DNA of 64,000 bases. It comes from a virus (lineage: Duplodnaviria; Caudoviricetes). The stretch lies in IMG/VR virus record IMGVR_UViG_3300031867_000003, positions 96,001 to 160,000 of that record, one strand, 5' to 3'. Made by a program: the position numbers and the translations under genes. The notes below the pieces were generated by a model, which saw only the letters and a list, made by a program, of their open reading frames with translations, was not told the DNA's origin and made no database searches. Positions 11,813-25,806 of this stretch are shown here, piece after piece. The first letter of the stretch is position 1, and each line of letters starts with the position of its first letter.

Positions 11813-14800
11813 TTAATTAAATACAAAATCCAAACAACCCAGTGTTTTGTTCATTATAAGGCTGCACGATCCATCAATATTAGTACCACTTGTTCCGATG
11901 GATACCTCGCCGTTAAATGCAGCATTGCCGGCATTATCAACAGAAGCAACCGTTGCACCTGCCGTATTATTTTTTAATATCCAACCGCGATTATCCGCTC
12001 CGCTCATATAACTATAAATTGCCCAATCGCCTTGAACGTGACCATGTTTGCCACCATTAGATGTTTGTCTCATTGCAATACCATAAGCAGTAGGAGCGGT
12101 ACCATATAGTGCTATTCCTCCGGCGGCGCCGGAATTTCCGGAATTTGCCGCTATATAACTGCTTGTCGCAAAACTCGTCCCCGTAACCGCTCCGGTAAAT
12201 TCTCCGCCGGTTTTAGGAACGGCATAATTACTATAATTACTATTGTCGAGCAATATTTTCCAAGCATTCCAGTTAGCAGTATCGGATGAACCGGAATCAT
12301 TCTGTCTCCATTGAAGGACACCATTGTTGGCAATAAGCTGCCATTTATCATTGCTGCTTCCGACTTGAAGACCGACCCAGTCAAGTCCAGCCCATGGAGT
12401 CCCACTTCCGGCAAATGAGAACGTACCGGCTGTGTTGTTAATGGTTGTTGCATCAACGACATGATTAGCTAAGTAATCGGCATTTGTTGCTTTTGTCGCA
12501 GACGTAGCTGTAGTAGCAGTAGTAGCATTCCCCGTTACGTCGCCGACTAAATTTGTCGCATAAATATTTGACCATTTTTTAGATGAAGTTCCTAAATCAT
12601 AAGTATTATCTGTATTCGGAGTGATTGACCGATGAATGGGATCATCAATTCCTCTTGACATATGCGTCATTCTTGTACCTATACCACCATAATTAACAAT
12701 ACCAATTTGTGCAATTCTATTCTATGCATTAATAGCCCATCCACTTAATACAATCCTTATTCTATTAAAACCGGTAACAGATGTTCCACTTGCATTGGTA
12801 GAATTATGAGAGAATCTGACCATCCAGTGACCAAATACATTATTGGTAATCGATCCTTTCTATACGTAAGCCGACTCTGTTGCAGAATTATATACCAAGA
12901 ACTATATATTTTTTGCTCTCCAATTAGCAGATCCGAAATCTATATAGAATGTATTGCTATAAGTATAAGTCTACGGGCATGTGATATCAATAACCGTTGT
13001 TTCTGTTTGTGGACGATTAATTCCGACATATGTTGGGCTACCATCAAACGCATTGGTCAAATTAATAGAAATAGGCGTTTTATCGATTGATAACGGGGTA
13101 AATGACGTTGCCGTGGTCGAATACATCTCATATGAACCGCCTCGTTCATCAAGATATGCTAAATCATTAAATAAAAACGGCAATATAACACTCTCGGTAT
13201 CTTCCGGCTATAAGCTCAAATATGTTGTTTTTTCCGGTACGCCGTTATTAAAATAAACCGGTGTTCCCCATGAGCCGGCACTTGTACTTAACTTCGTCGC
13301 GGTTGTGGCGGTGGTTGCAGTAGTAGCATTGCCTGATATATTAATACCCCAAGTCCCGGTTGCCCCGGTGCCGTCAAGTTTAGGAGCATAAGTATTATAG
13401 TTATGGGAATCTAACAAATATTGCCATTCGCCCCAGTCAGAAGAATTTGCAACACCATCAATAGTGGCGCTTGCAGCACCTCTAATCATAGCTTGTGGTG
13501 TTTTTGTGTGCTATACATAAAACTGTGATCCCCATCCACCATTGTCCCAACCAAATGTCAAAATACATCCGTCTCCAGCCGGCGGTTTATGAGTTGTCAT
13601 AGAGGATGATGCAAGAGCAAATGTCACCTTACTTAACTAAGTGCTATTCTATATATCGGCAGAAGCAAGTCTACCAAGTGACGTTATTTTTTTTGTGGTA
13701 GTCGCTACACTCCATCCAGCTTGTGAACTTGCTGTACCGGTTGTATCGCCGGTAAGCGTAACCGCCTACGCACTCGCAAACTTTGTGGCTGTCCCGGCAT
13801 TACCGGTAATAGTAGTTATGCTCGGTAATGTTAGTTTATTAGTTCCCGTTGCGGTAATATGACCATTGATATCATATGTTACGGTTGGTACCGTAAAACT
13901 TCCGCCGTTAGTTAATGTGGTATTGTTTGCCGTACCTTGTGCAGTTCCGCCGGCAGTAAGTTGGTTCGTATGTTTGATGGTGGCTATACCACTTGAAATA
14001 GTAACATTAATACCGCCATTAGTAGCACCACGAATAGTATCGGCACCGACAGTACCAATGTCTGATACGGTAATTGAATCAAGCTTAGCTTTGTCTTCTT
14101 TACTCATCCAACCATTTGCTCCGTCGGTTGCGCAATCCGAAATTTCTGCTTGAGTAAATGTTACTGCACCGTCCCATTTGACGGCGGTTTTCTTCGTCTT
14201 ACCGATGGTAAAATCACGTCCGGTAGTTAGAGAACCGGCAGTTCCGGCACTTCCGGTAACAGATATCCCCCAAGTACCGGATGCACCGGTACCGGCTTTT
14301 GTTACAGTATAATCAGTATAATTACCTGACGTTAAAAACTTATTCCAAGAACTCCAAGAATTTGAAGAACCATCGTAAAACCGTATCCATTTAGTTCCGT
14401 TAGATGCTAATTCTTGTGTTACATGACCACCGGCAGAAGCATAAGTTACCATGCCAAACTAGCGCCCAGCATTTGTATCCGGAGTAGTTTTTGAATTTGC
14501 TGGATTATTAGATACATTATTGCTTCCAAGGGCATAATAATACAACGTTTTTTGAACCGTACGATAATCATTCAAATCCTAATTAGTTAATGCCGTTGGA
14601 GTTATTGAAGTTGCTGCATCAGCATTTGTAGCAGAAGTAGCAGTCGCGGCATTGCCGGTAATACTGATTCCCCATGTACCGGTTGCACCAGTACCGGCTT
14701 TGGAAGGAGCGTAGATATTATAATTATTCGAGTCAAGTACAGTTAGCCAGGTTTCGTCCCATGAGGTACTATTATTACCTCGAATATATATATGAGGGGT

Positions 14801-17800
14801 AGTATCAATTTTTATAGCTAACTATGCTCCCCATCTACCGCTATCCCATGCAAAATTTAATATTCCACCGTCTATAGGTGGTTTTCCTTGTGTCATTGAT
14901 GAGGAAGAGTAAAAATATGAAATCTTACTTTTATAATCGGCTGAAGTATTATCTACATTTGCACTTTCTAATCTGCCCAGGCTAGTTAATTTCTTCGTTG
15001 TCGTCGCGACGCTCCACCCTGCCTAAGAACTTGCCGTACCGGTAGTATCACCGGTCAATGTTACTGACTGCGCACTGGTAAACTTAGTTGCACTGAGAAC
15101 ATTTTTGTTAGCATCAGCAGTGTTTTCAACATTATTGAGTCCCAAAGTAGTCTTTACATTGGCCGCGCTAATTGCTCTCAGCTCATATCCATTCCAAGCT
15201 GCGAACCATGGGGTCGCTGTCCAATTTGCTGTTAATCCCGATTTTGAGTAAGCAAATGTAGTAGCAGTACCATTACCACTATCAAATACCTTGGTTGAAC
15301 CCCCGGTAATATTACCGGTAAGATCTCCATATAATCCATTGGTGAATCTACCTGCGCCGGTTACAATAAGGTTGCCGGCAGTTAACTCTGTAACGCTTCC
15401 ACCGTCAGTTGTTATAAATTCATCAATATTATGGGTGACAATATCGCCTAATTTGCCCTAATACACATATCGAATATTAGAATTGGTATTATTAAATCTA
15501 CCATCCCAATACGCTAGTGTATTTGTGGTAATCAGTGTGTTATCAACATTCGCACCTGTCCATCCCAAATAACCTATAGCAGTGTTATTCCTAATCGCCC
15601 GTGTCTGAATAGCGTTGGAGCCGTTACCAATTAACACGGTTCCGGCAGTAAATGAAGTTGCTCCGGTTCCACCGTAACCGACGCCGATTGTGCCGACATT
15701 TACGGCGGCACTACCGTCAAATGATTTGTTGTTGATTGATAACGCATTGGTAACTTTATTAGCGGCGGTTGCCGTACCTGTTAATGTCCCCTTTACAATA
15801 AGATTACCATTGACCGTACCCCCGGTCGTAGATATATATTGCCCTTCGACATCACCAATTGCCGCATAGCGTTTATTTAATGGCTGACCTTGTTCATATA
15901 TACTGCCTTCATTATCAACACAGAAAAAGTATGTCCAACTAGAATCAAGCCCAGGCACAGAACTCCCGGTGTATTTTCTTCCGTAGAAGAATGATCTGTT
16001 GTATGTTGTAACCGCACTTTCGTTTTTTGTATAGCCATTAAAATCAGAGGGTATCTTCATACCGACATCATAAAACGTGTTTGTGTCATTATCCTTATAA
16101 TATGTGGACTGGCCATAATACTCGGAAGTACTCGCATATTTTCGCGTGGACACATAATTATCACTAACTTGCCAGTTTCCCGTTTGAAGATATGCATTCC
16201 CGGTACCGACAAGCGCAGCTTTAGTCCCTATATTGTAGTCATCAACTTGCTCAATGTTCCAGTACGAAGACTTACTGCCGAATCGACCCGCTGTACCATA
16301 TACCGTACCACTAAACCATGCCCCGGGAGTAACAGTCGTACCGCTTGGGGCTACCTAAATAACGCCGAAATTCGGTGTCCAAAAGTTACCGTTTGCCAAA
16401 TCGAGAAACGTACCCGCGATAGAATACGGAGAAGCCGTATCAGTATTGGCACGATAATTATTACTCATAATTGCGTCAGTAGCCAACTAACTTGATGTAA
16501 TTGTGTTGGTAGCTATCCAACCGCCCTAAATCGTTGTGGTATCTGATATAGCGCCGTTTGTCCATTTCTTAATCATGCCGATCGCATTTTTAGTAGTAGT
16601 TCCATTGTTAGTAGTCCAAACTACCGCATCGTATGCATAACCATACGGGTTGTCCAAAGTAGTAATAACTTCATATGCTGTTTTCGCCGGGTCGTATAAT
16701 CTGGCATCGACAATTGCCCCTTCGCTATGAGGCTCGACGAATTGTCCGATTACAACGTCGCGGTTTTCGTCCCATGACCAAGTACCGCCTACCGAACCCG
16801 GAGTGGGAGTCTCGGCATACTTCCAGCCCGAATCATACCAAACCATATAAAGATCGCCGGAATTTGCCGAAGCCGACGTCAATCTGACTACCAGATATAT
16901 TGTTTTATAGAACGGACAAACAGTGTTGGGATTAATCATAACTCTCGCAACATTAATTTTGCGCCCCTTCCAATATACGTAGCCGTTGACGTCCGCCGGC
17001 TCATTATCACTGTTGAAGCCGTGAATATAACACTCACCATTATTAAATGTTGAAAATGCAGAGTAATTTATTTTCATAGCCAACCCGGGGACAGAGCGAT
17101 CATTGGCCAAGTTCGCGGAACTCAGCGCCTCGTCTGCCGTGGAGTTTGCCGTATTCGCCGTGGATTCGATAGTATTGATTTTTGTTTGAGTGGTGTTGTC
17201 CAACATGTTGAAGCTGACATTGCCGATAAGGTCTACCTTGCCGGCAGAAATGGTGGCAGTTTCTGGCGATAAATTTATTTTTGAAATAACTTCATCAGCA
17301 CCGACTTTGCTACTAACCTAGAGTAGAATATTATCCGTAGTCTGTTTAATTTCGGATTTGGCAGTATTTACCACGTCATCCGCATATTTTTCCAGATCGC
17401 GCGGATTAATAGCGTACTCAGAAGCAGTAGTAGCTTTTTCTACCATTGCATAACCGTCATTATAACTTCGGTACGACATTCGCAGATAATTAACTCCTTC
17501 CGGAATTGTTATTTTATACATAAGATGCTCTTGTCCCTCGGCGGTTACTTCAACGCCGGAATTGGCATCATTTCCATATTTCGCAACACGGTTACCTACC
17601 GCAGTCCCGGAGTTATTGCTATAATATTGATAAGCAAGCCAGGAGTCACCGTCACTACCTACCGGGGTCACCCATGACTAGAGAATATAAGTTTCGCTTT
17701 CACGAACAGGGATAAACTACGAGGTTACTTCCTTATCAACCGCATGCTGTGTTACAACCGTTCCTCCTGTAGCAGCCAAATACCCGGGAACCTCGTCTGC

Positions 17801-18673
17801 AATTACGTACAAGTTATTGCCACCAATTCTAATACTGCCGATTGCCTTATCAACATCACTGAGTTTTGCATATGTAGAAGTAACTGTCTGTCGGAATGAA
17901 CTCGCGGTTTGCTCATTGGTAGTAACTGTATTTTTCAGAGTTTTGAATTCTTCGCCGTCTGCTTTGGTAGATAATTCAGATGATATATCGGAAACTGTCG
18001 AAGTAATCCCTGTAATATCCTATTCGGTTTGACTTACGCGACTTCTTATGTCGGCGCCGGTTGTACTGTCATATGCATTAATAGAAGAGCTAATATCGTC
18101 CTACCAGATTTTTTGCGTTATCTTTTTATTAATTTCGTCGGCAAGATTTATTAGTCCACTAATTGTAGAGCGGTGAACAGCGTCGGAATAAACCACGCTA
18201 CCGTCGCTCATCGTAAGTTCAACTCGCCCCCACAGATATTTATTCTCCGGGATTTCGTCAGGCTCCTCATATGACCATGAACCGCCGGTTACACTCGTTG
18301 AAGAGGTAGACACATACCATTGTTCCCGTTCGCGAGAAACAGTTGCGCCAGGGTCACCTTGGGTACCGTCCATACCCGATCTACTCACGTTATAAACAAT
18401 TGTAAATTGCCCATCGCTGTATATGGTGCGAGTTCTCGTCCACAACCATTCGCCCTCGGCAATAGTCGGTAATTCAGCGCTCCAACTACCCTGGGTGAGT
18501 ACCACGCCGTTTATGTCGGTAATAATATTGCCGTCTCCGTCCTTAAGCGGTGTTCCAGGTACAACCGTACCACTTGCGGATGTAGCATACTCAATTATTG
18601 AATCGACTACCGAATTCCCATCTTGTACATCAACCACAGACGTGGAACTCATTGCCAGTATTTTTGACATCAT
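11813..18673 (-). CDS. Large tail fibre / adhesin-like protein (about 2286 aa, TAG=Gln)
   Basis: Eight track ORFs share one frame and are separated by TAG at the joints checked; GTWGISITGNAATAT-type repeats; internal duplicated module. Confidence 0.8.
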
Positions 18674-18751
18674 GTGTCACCTCCTCTCTAAAATAAATGA
18701 ACATTATTTTATTATATTTCTCCATTTATATAAAACCTCCTTTTATGAGGT

Positions 18752-21244
18752 TTACTCATCCTAAGATACTTCACAAATAAATTGCATACGTCCGTTAATC
18801 ATGGTGGGATCGACATACTAAACTCTCCCTGTCTTCCACGGAGCCGCAGTATCCACAGAATCGCCGGCGTTATTGATTCGATAGTATGAATAAATATATT
18901 CATCATTGTCTACGGAAGTAGCGTTATTCCATTGCGTTCCATTGTACTTTTTGAGTGTACACGTTTTGTTAGTACTATCAAGATGATAATAAAAATCTCC
19001 GGAACTTGCTCCCGTGGGAGCAGTAGCTGAAAACGTTGTCGATTTAATTGGATCTACCTCAACACCGTTTCTGTATACTCTGGTATAAATAGCCCCAAAT
19101 CCTTGAGAGTTTTTAAACTCGGCGATTGTAGCATATGTATACGAAACGAGAGGATCTGTCACGTCATTAATGGTATAATACGCACTATATGTTCCACTAT
19201 TATAAGTAGCTTCACATTTAAGCCACATTTGATCGGTAACCATAGCCGGAGTGATTTCAATAGAACTTGCGGTCTAACCATCAATAGCCTCATATTTTCC
19301 TCTGGTAAATTGCTTCCAAACAAAAGTAGAAGAACTTGTTACGTCCGTTGTGCCGGAATATACAATGGCAGTAATGGTAGTATTTTTACCTTCCTCAACA
19401 TTACCGCCGTCTGCGCTATATAACTGAAGAAGTACAGCACTGGTACCATTGGCGGCTTGTTTACTTTTTGTCCAGGTGTATTTATAATCTATGCTCTTAG
19501 ATTCTGCAGCTAATGTAATAGTAATGTCCCCGGTCATAGTCGAAGAAGACCCAAATGTTGCGCCATTTGCTACCGTTAACTTCAGCATACCGTCTGCCTA
19601 GGCAGTTCCGGCAGTATTGCTTTTAACGCTAACCCCGGTCGGAAGAGTACCTACAGTTGCCGTAACCGGAACTCTTGTAATACCCTTGTATGCAAAAAAT
19701 GGGATTGATATCTCACGAGCGGCAGCAGCGTTACCGGAAGTATTACACGGAATAACATCTGCATAATTACCTAGCCCCATGTTTATTGCGTCAACGCCCG
19801 GGGTTCCGTCTTCTCCCGAAATTCCATCCTTGGTAATTACAACAGATTGGCTGTCAAGTTCTTGGGTCGTACCACCGGCTGCGTATAAAGTACATTTAAT
19901 CATTACAACATTATTTGCAGGTGTATAATTCAGAGACTCGGTTGAAGACATATTTGTATTACTTGTCTTTCTTACTGTAAACTATGTACCGTCAGTAGAA
20001 TCACTAATGATAAATCTTCCGGAATAATTGGTTCTTGCGTTAGTCCCGATTTTTTCGTATGCTGTAAATACAACCGTTGTCGGCGTAAAATTGCCACTTT
20101 CATCTAAATTTAATGTATAAGCATTAGGGATTACTTCATAAACAACAGCGTCTTTGCCATTCACGCCCGCATATTGTTTCTGAATAGTATATCGTTTGGT
20201 AATCTAACTATATCCGGTTCTTGTACATGTAAATTCAGCATAAGAAACATCAGTTGTAAATTCTGTCGGCGTGTAGGTGTGCGTAGAATTGTCATATGTG
20301 CCGGTTAAACCGCTACCATCTACCTTTGTAATTGTCCACTAATTTGTTATGTCCGTGCCACCCTCGTAAATATGGATTTGAGTAGATGAATTATCAAGAT
20401 TGACTACACCTTGTGCATTAACAGGAGCCGTATGATTTTCATTTGTTAAAATTGCCGTAACAGTTGCATTACCGGGAGCTCCATCCCTAATTTTTATAAT
20501 CTGAGCAAAATCATAGACTGTGTCGTCATTAGTAGTTAATTTTACCACTACGGCTTTATCGTTATTAATCCATACGTTTGCCATATTCGGCGTAATTGTT
20601 AATACCCCTGTTTGTTGATTAACGGCACTTGTAGGAAACGCCACAAAATCACCGTCTGAATTTTTATATTGCCACTGTTGCAATGAACAATTGGTTAATT
20701 CCGGTGTAAGTTCAATGCTTTGTGCGCCGACGAGATCCCCATTCGTATTATATAAAAAGGCATTATTTTCTAATAATATACCGGCATATTTCAATTCAGA
20801 CGCCATTGTTACAAGCGTATATGTTAATGATGTTTCTGCCTCAATCGGGACACCGGTATTTGGGTCTGTATAAACAATCTTACAAATATAAGTAAGCTAT
20901 CCGCTTGCAACAGAACTAAGTTTATTTGCTTTTACATTAAGAACGCCACTCACAACAGTTTCTCCGGTTGTCAGTGCGGTAGGTGTCCCGGTCCCTTCTT
21001 TTCTTGTATATGTAATAACTAATCCGGTAGCATTAAGCGCAAGACTTGTCCCATTGTAGGAAATTACCGGGGTTATTTTTAAGTTATTAGATGACCAATC
21101 GGGAGAATATACGCCATTGCCGCTATTCTGATTAGGGTCATAAATAACACTATTTGGCAAATTACTGGTGCAATAGAAGTTAATTTGGCCAACGTCGGTT
21201 AAGTCTACAACACTTACGCTAGAAAATGCTTGTATTTTAGCCAT
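18752..21244 (-). CDS. Minor tail protein (about 830 aa, TAG=Gln)
   Basis: Six same-frame fragments; GGAGGG RBS; DGxDA collagen-like/Ig-like repeats; ends TAA. Confidence 0.78.
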
Positions 21245-21263
21245 ATTTCAATTTCCCTCCTTT

Positions 21264-24200
21264 TTAATCCGATTCAACGGTAATGTTTTCGTATTCAAAC
21301 TTACACTAAAAATCGGCGTTCTTTCTTACATCATTTGCCGTAATTGTGATAACTTTTGCCCCTATGCTGTGACGAGCATTCCAATAGGTATCTTCGTCCT
21401 AATCACGGCTTGTTCGTGTCCAAATGAAACATGACGCGTCATATTCATCAGTGACATCAACATTATTTCTTAATAATTTTACATTCAGCTGAATGTTTCC
21501 ACCCCATATGTTCGTCCCATACGGGGTTTCAATATATAAATCATAATTAGCCTTATTTTCTAAATCATAACGCAATGTGTCCAAGGCAGTAGTAGTGCCG
21601 TTTTTGAACTCTGTATATTCAACGCCAAAGCTTCCACCTCCGGTAGTAATCTGTTCTATGGACACTGTATCTCCCTATTTCATGATATTAAAACTGAGCT
21701 TATCTTCTGAAATAGTTCCGTCATGAATCATGTTATTTACAATCAAACCATCCGCGACTGCATCCGCCGTGATACCACTCGGCTCAATAATTGTCGCCCC
21801 ACTTTCATTTCTAAGTACTAAACTCGGCTGACCGTTTGTGGCATAGCCAAGCTATACACCGACATAATCATTGCCCTGTGAATCCGTGCCGAGAATTTGG
21901 AGTGCCTACCCGTTCATAATCATTTTACCATTCTCAGACAGTATCCGCATTTGGTCGCTGACAGTAATATCCCCAGCCGCAAGATCGCTGACTGTAATTT
22001 TTCCAGCCACAGCATCATAAATATAAGCGTCTGTAATTGTACTGGTTGCCGCGGTAGAAGAGAGTGCCTGCAAACTTTTAATAAAAGCATTGCCGACATA
22101 TTCACTTTCTATATTTGCGACATCAATTGTGGCAAGTTTTGCTTTAAGATCTTCGACTCTAATTTCAGACGCAACAACCAATGTACTCTGAAGATATTCA
22201 ATAAATGCGGTATCGGCGGTAAGGCGCTCAACGTCCGCTTCCGTTGCAGATAATAATGCAGTAATTACCGCGTTAGCACTGACAGTACCGGCCTAGATAT
22301 ATGGTGCAATCAACTCAGCGAATTCCGCATAGTCACCTTTAATTTGACTGACATCAATGTCGGAAGCACTAATCTTTCTGGCTACTACCTAATCTATCGT
22401 CGCCGAGCCGGCCTCTAATATGTTGGTAGACAACTGGTCGAAATCAGCACTCTATGCCTGAAGCAATTTGGTGACAATCATATCGCTTTCAAGGTACTTC
22501 GTAATTACTTCATCAAATTTACCGGTTTGAGCGTTAAGTAGAACAGTAGTAATGGAATCGGCACTCAACCTACCGGAAAATAATTCATCAAACTATGCCT
22601 ATGTTCCGGTTATATGATCGACCTATATGTTAGTATTGCCCATATAGGTAGAAATTAAATTATTAACCTCAGCAGTATTTGTTCCGCCGACAACAGACAT
22701 TGCCTGACTTCTTACCGCATTGGTAAATAAGCCGGATTTTGTCATCCAGGTAAGTAAGGTTGTCGCATATTCTTCATCGCTTTTAGAAGCTCCGGTTCCT
22801 AACGAAATACTGTTTTTTTGGCCTCTGTTATTCTCATCATCAATTATCTGAGTAAAATCATTACGCCCGCTACGGGATGTTATCATAGATGAGAATACCA
22901 GCGTAAGATTTTCATCTACTTCGCACGGATTATATTCGATTTCAATGATTCTTAATTTTACACTAAAATCATCGCGGATTCCCAAACGAATAAATCTCAT
23001 TAGCCGTAAATCTTCCGTCCAGTCAGCGAACTCGGGAATGCGCAGTAAATTATCCAAACTCACACTGAACTGATATTGTGGACGAGCAACTTCCGACAAC
23101 TTGTCCACAGCATCTTTGTATAACTCATAACTACGATCCACTAAGGCATCGGCATTATCGAGAGAAGTAGATAATATATTAGAGTTGGTGTAATCCGTGT
23201 CAATAAATAATGTTCTGATATAATTCTTTTCGTCCTCGGTGAAATCCTCACATGTATCCAGATTATTAGCAATATTGGCATCTCTGATGTAGCCTTCAAC
23301 TTCGGCGAGTGCGTCTTGAAGATTTTTTATTCTGTCCTCGAGAAGGGTTTTTCTTTCTTTCATTTGTTTAATCATTTTTTGGATATGAACATAATCATTT
23401 CGACCCTAAATATTATAAGCTTCTTCTGTAACATAATTAAGCTTTTCTTGCTTGGTCATCTGAGTTTTCCAATCCTTGGAGAAATGATTAAGCGCCGGTA
23501 ATTTATCCTCTTCGTAGTTTTTAAGCTTGCCATCAAGTTCATATAAACCATACAGCTCCCAGTTCTCTTCGCTTTCTGTGCCAAATCGGATTTTCTGATC
23601 ACTCGGCACATTTATATTGATCATTGCCTATTTAATGTATGGAATTACATATGTAACAAGTTCAATGTAGGCATAAAGTCCTCCGGTGTTTGTAGTATCT
23701 AGTTTATTTAAGTACCAATCATGATCTACTTCCTCAGAACCGTCCTTTTTCTTAGGAATATAATTATGATTTTTATCATATTTTTCCGAATCCTCTCGGT
23801 CGTCTACCGAAGATTGGATGGCAGCCAACTATGCTTCACTTAAAACAAGATTTTCTTTCAGTCCTTCATAACTCATGTTATCCCATTGCTTCCAATAGGT
23901 ATTATCACTCGGAACATGATACTACAACTCATCAATTTGCCGGTTGAGTTCCGCTGCTCGTTTTTCATCTCTAACAAACTATTCCCTGTACGTGTCACGG
24001 CGATGTATCCACTAATTTATTTTATCAACTAATTCTTGTTCCATATATGGTTCGCCGAGGAAGTACGACAAATCAAAACATTGCTCCTCACCATAATTGG
24101 CGTTAGTAATCATTAGATCATTGTCACCGCGAACTCTGAATCTTGTAAATACACTGTCTTCATTAACAGTAATATCAACATTGTTCGCCAGATTTCGGTA

Positions 24201-24890
24201 GCCAATAAATATGTTGGTGTCGAAATCAAGATTCTCTTTTCCGTACGCGTTAACTGTTCGATTAAGATAATCAAAAATAAATATCAATCCTAGTCTGGGG
24301 GCGACAGTATTGGTCATTATTGAATATATATTTGCATTATCAACTTCAATAATTGGAATTTGCATTTTATATAAGCCATAATCAATATGTCCAATGCTCC
24401 AGTATGGGAGTTTTGTCAACATCAGATGAACAAAAGATAACTCCGGATTGTCCGGATTATAAAATGTAACAAAATTTTTAGCCACGCCAAGTTCATTTAT
24501 ATTGTCGGTAGCTAACATTTCGAGGCTGTCTTCTTTACCGCAATTAATCTTTAGTCCAACCCAATCCTTTTGTTCAAACTCTTTTTCCAGCGAATAAGCC
24601 TGGATTTCTTTATATTCGTAATTGCCGTCATTATGGACCGTCGGTTCCTATATTTGGAAAAATCCAATCCCTTCGAGGAGTAAATACATATAAACCTTGA
24701 GGTCTTCATATCCATTAGACTCGACCAATTCGCCGTCTATGGACAAATAACGGTCTACACTAAATGTCAGTTCATCATAATCTTTTACATACTGATGAAG
24801 AGTTACAGAATCTGTTTGCAAACCGTTCAATACGGTTCTGATTTTTAAATCGGGAGTACACAAGTATATTTTTTTGACATCCTAAATCAT
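21264..24890 (-). CDS. Tail tip protein (Tal/central fibre-like, about 1208 aa, TAG=Gln)
   Basis: ATGA overlap with Dit; seven same-frame fragments joined by TAG; position directly after Dit. Confidence 0.75.
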
Positions 24891-25738
24891 ACCAACCATC
24901 CCCCGGCAATTTTAACAGGAGAGTCATACTCTAATTTTATTGTAATATCTCCATGTACGCCAATTAAATTTCTGCCCGGTTTAAGCCTAAACCAATAAAT
25001 ATTATCAACATCTTCCCATCCCAGTTCCCTAAAATGGAGAGTTCCTGACTAATCTGAAGCAATACAATGATGACAATCAAAATAATATTTAACATGGCGA
25101 GAGGTCGTCACACTCATGGTATTCCCTCTATCGGTAACATTAGTTAACTTAAATGACGGATTGCTATTTAAATCTGCACAATATATCTCAAATTTTGGAT
25201 ACACCCATTCTTCCAATTCATCAGAAGCACAATCAACAGTGAAGCTCCAGTTTGGTAGTCCATCTGTGTCATCAACCGCACTATTCGGGGGTGGTGATAA
25301 ATTCATTATATGATGTTCATATGCATACGAACCATTAACCGAAAATGTAAAATCCATAGCATAAAAACCGTCATCAATCGGATACCACTGAGTCGTGGTA
25401 AATTTTCCATAGTATTTATATCGAACCACGCCATTACAATCTGTAATCTGAATAGGCAATGAAAATTTCGGTGAGGTCAACCACCGTTCTACGGCGATTT
25501 GCTCGGCGTATGTAAACATGGTTGTATCGGATTTAATAAGAGAATATGTGAATTCTAAATGTTCAGCTATTGTGCCGTACTCATTAACAAATGGGCGGCT
25601 AATAGTCGGTTCGCCACCCATAAGAGTACGCGTTACTCCCTGGACACTGCTTACGGCGCCGTCGGTGGAGCAGAGCAGTAGTTCTACATTTGGCAGAATA
25701 TTAGATGTTGACTTCCCATTATAAATAAAACCGGCCAT
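24887..25738 (-). CDS. Distal tail protein (Dit-like, 283 aa)
   Basis: MAGFIYNGKST N-terminus; reads through TAG to YWFRLKPGRNLI...GGWLV; immediately after the tape measure gene. Confidence 0.75.
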
Positions 25739-25757
25739 ATTTCCCCTCCCTTCTATT

Positions 25758-25801
25758 ATTAAAAAGGAGGCTGCTGACTAAAGTTAGTCAAACAGCCCCC
25801 G
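25758..25801 (-). terminator. Rho-independent terminator after the tape measure gene
   Basis: GGGGGCTG..TGACTAA/TTAGTCA..CAGCCTCC followed by TTTTT. Confidence 0.7.
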
Positions 25802-25806
25802 GTTAA

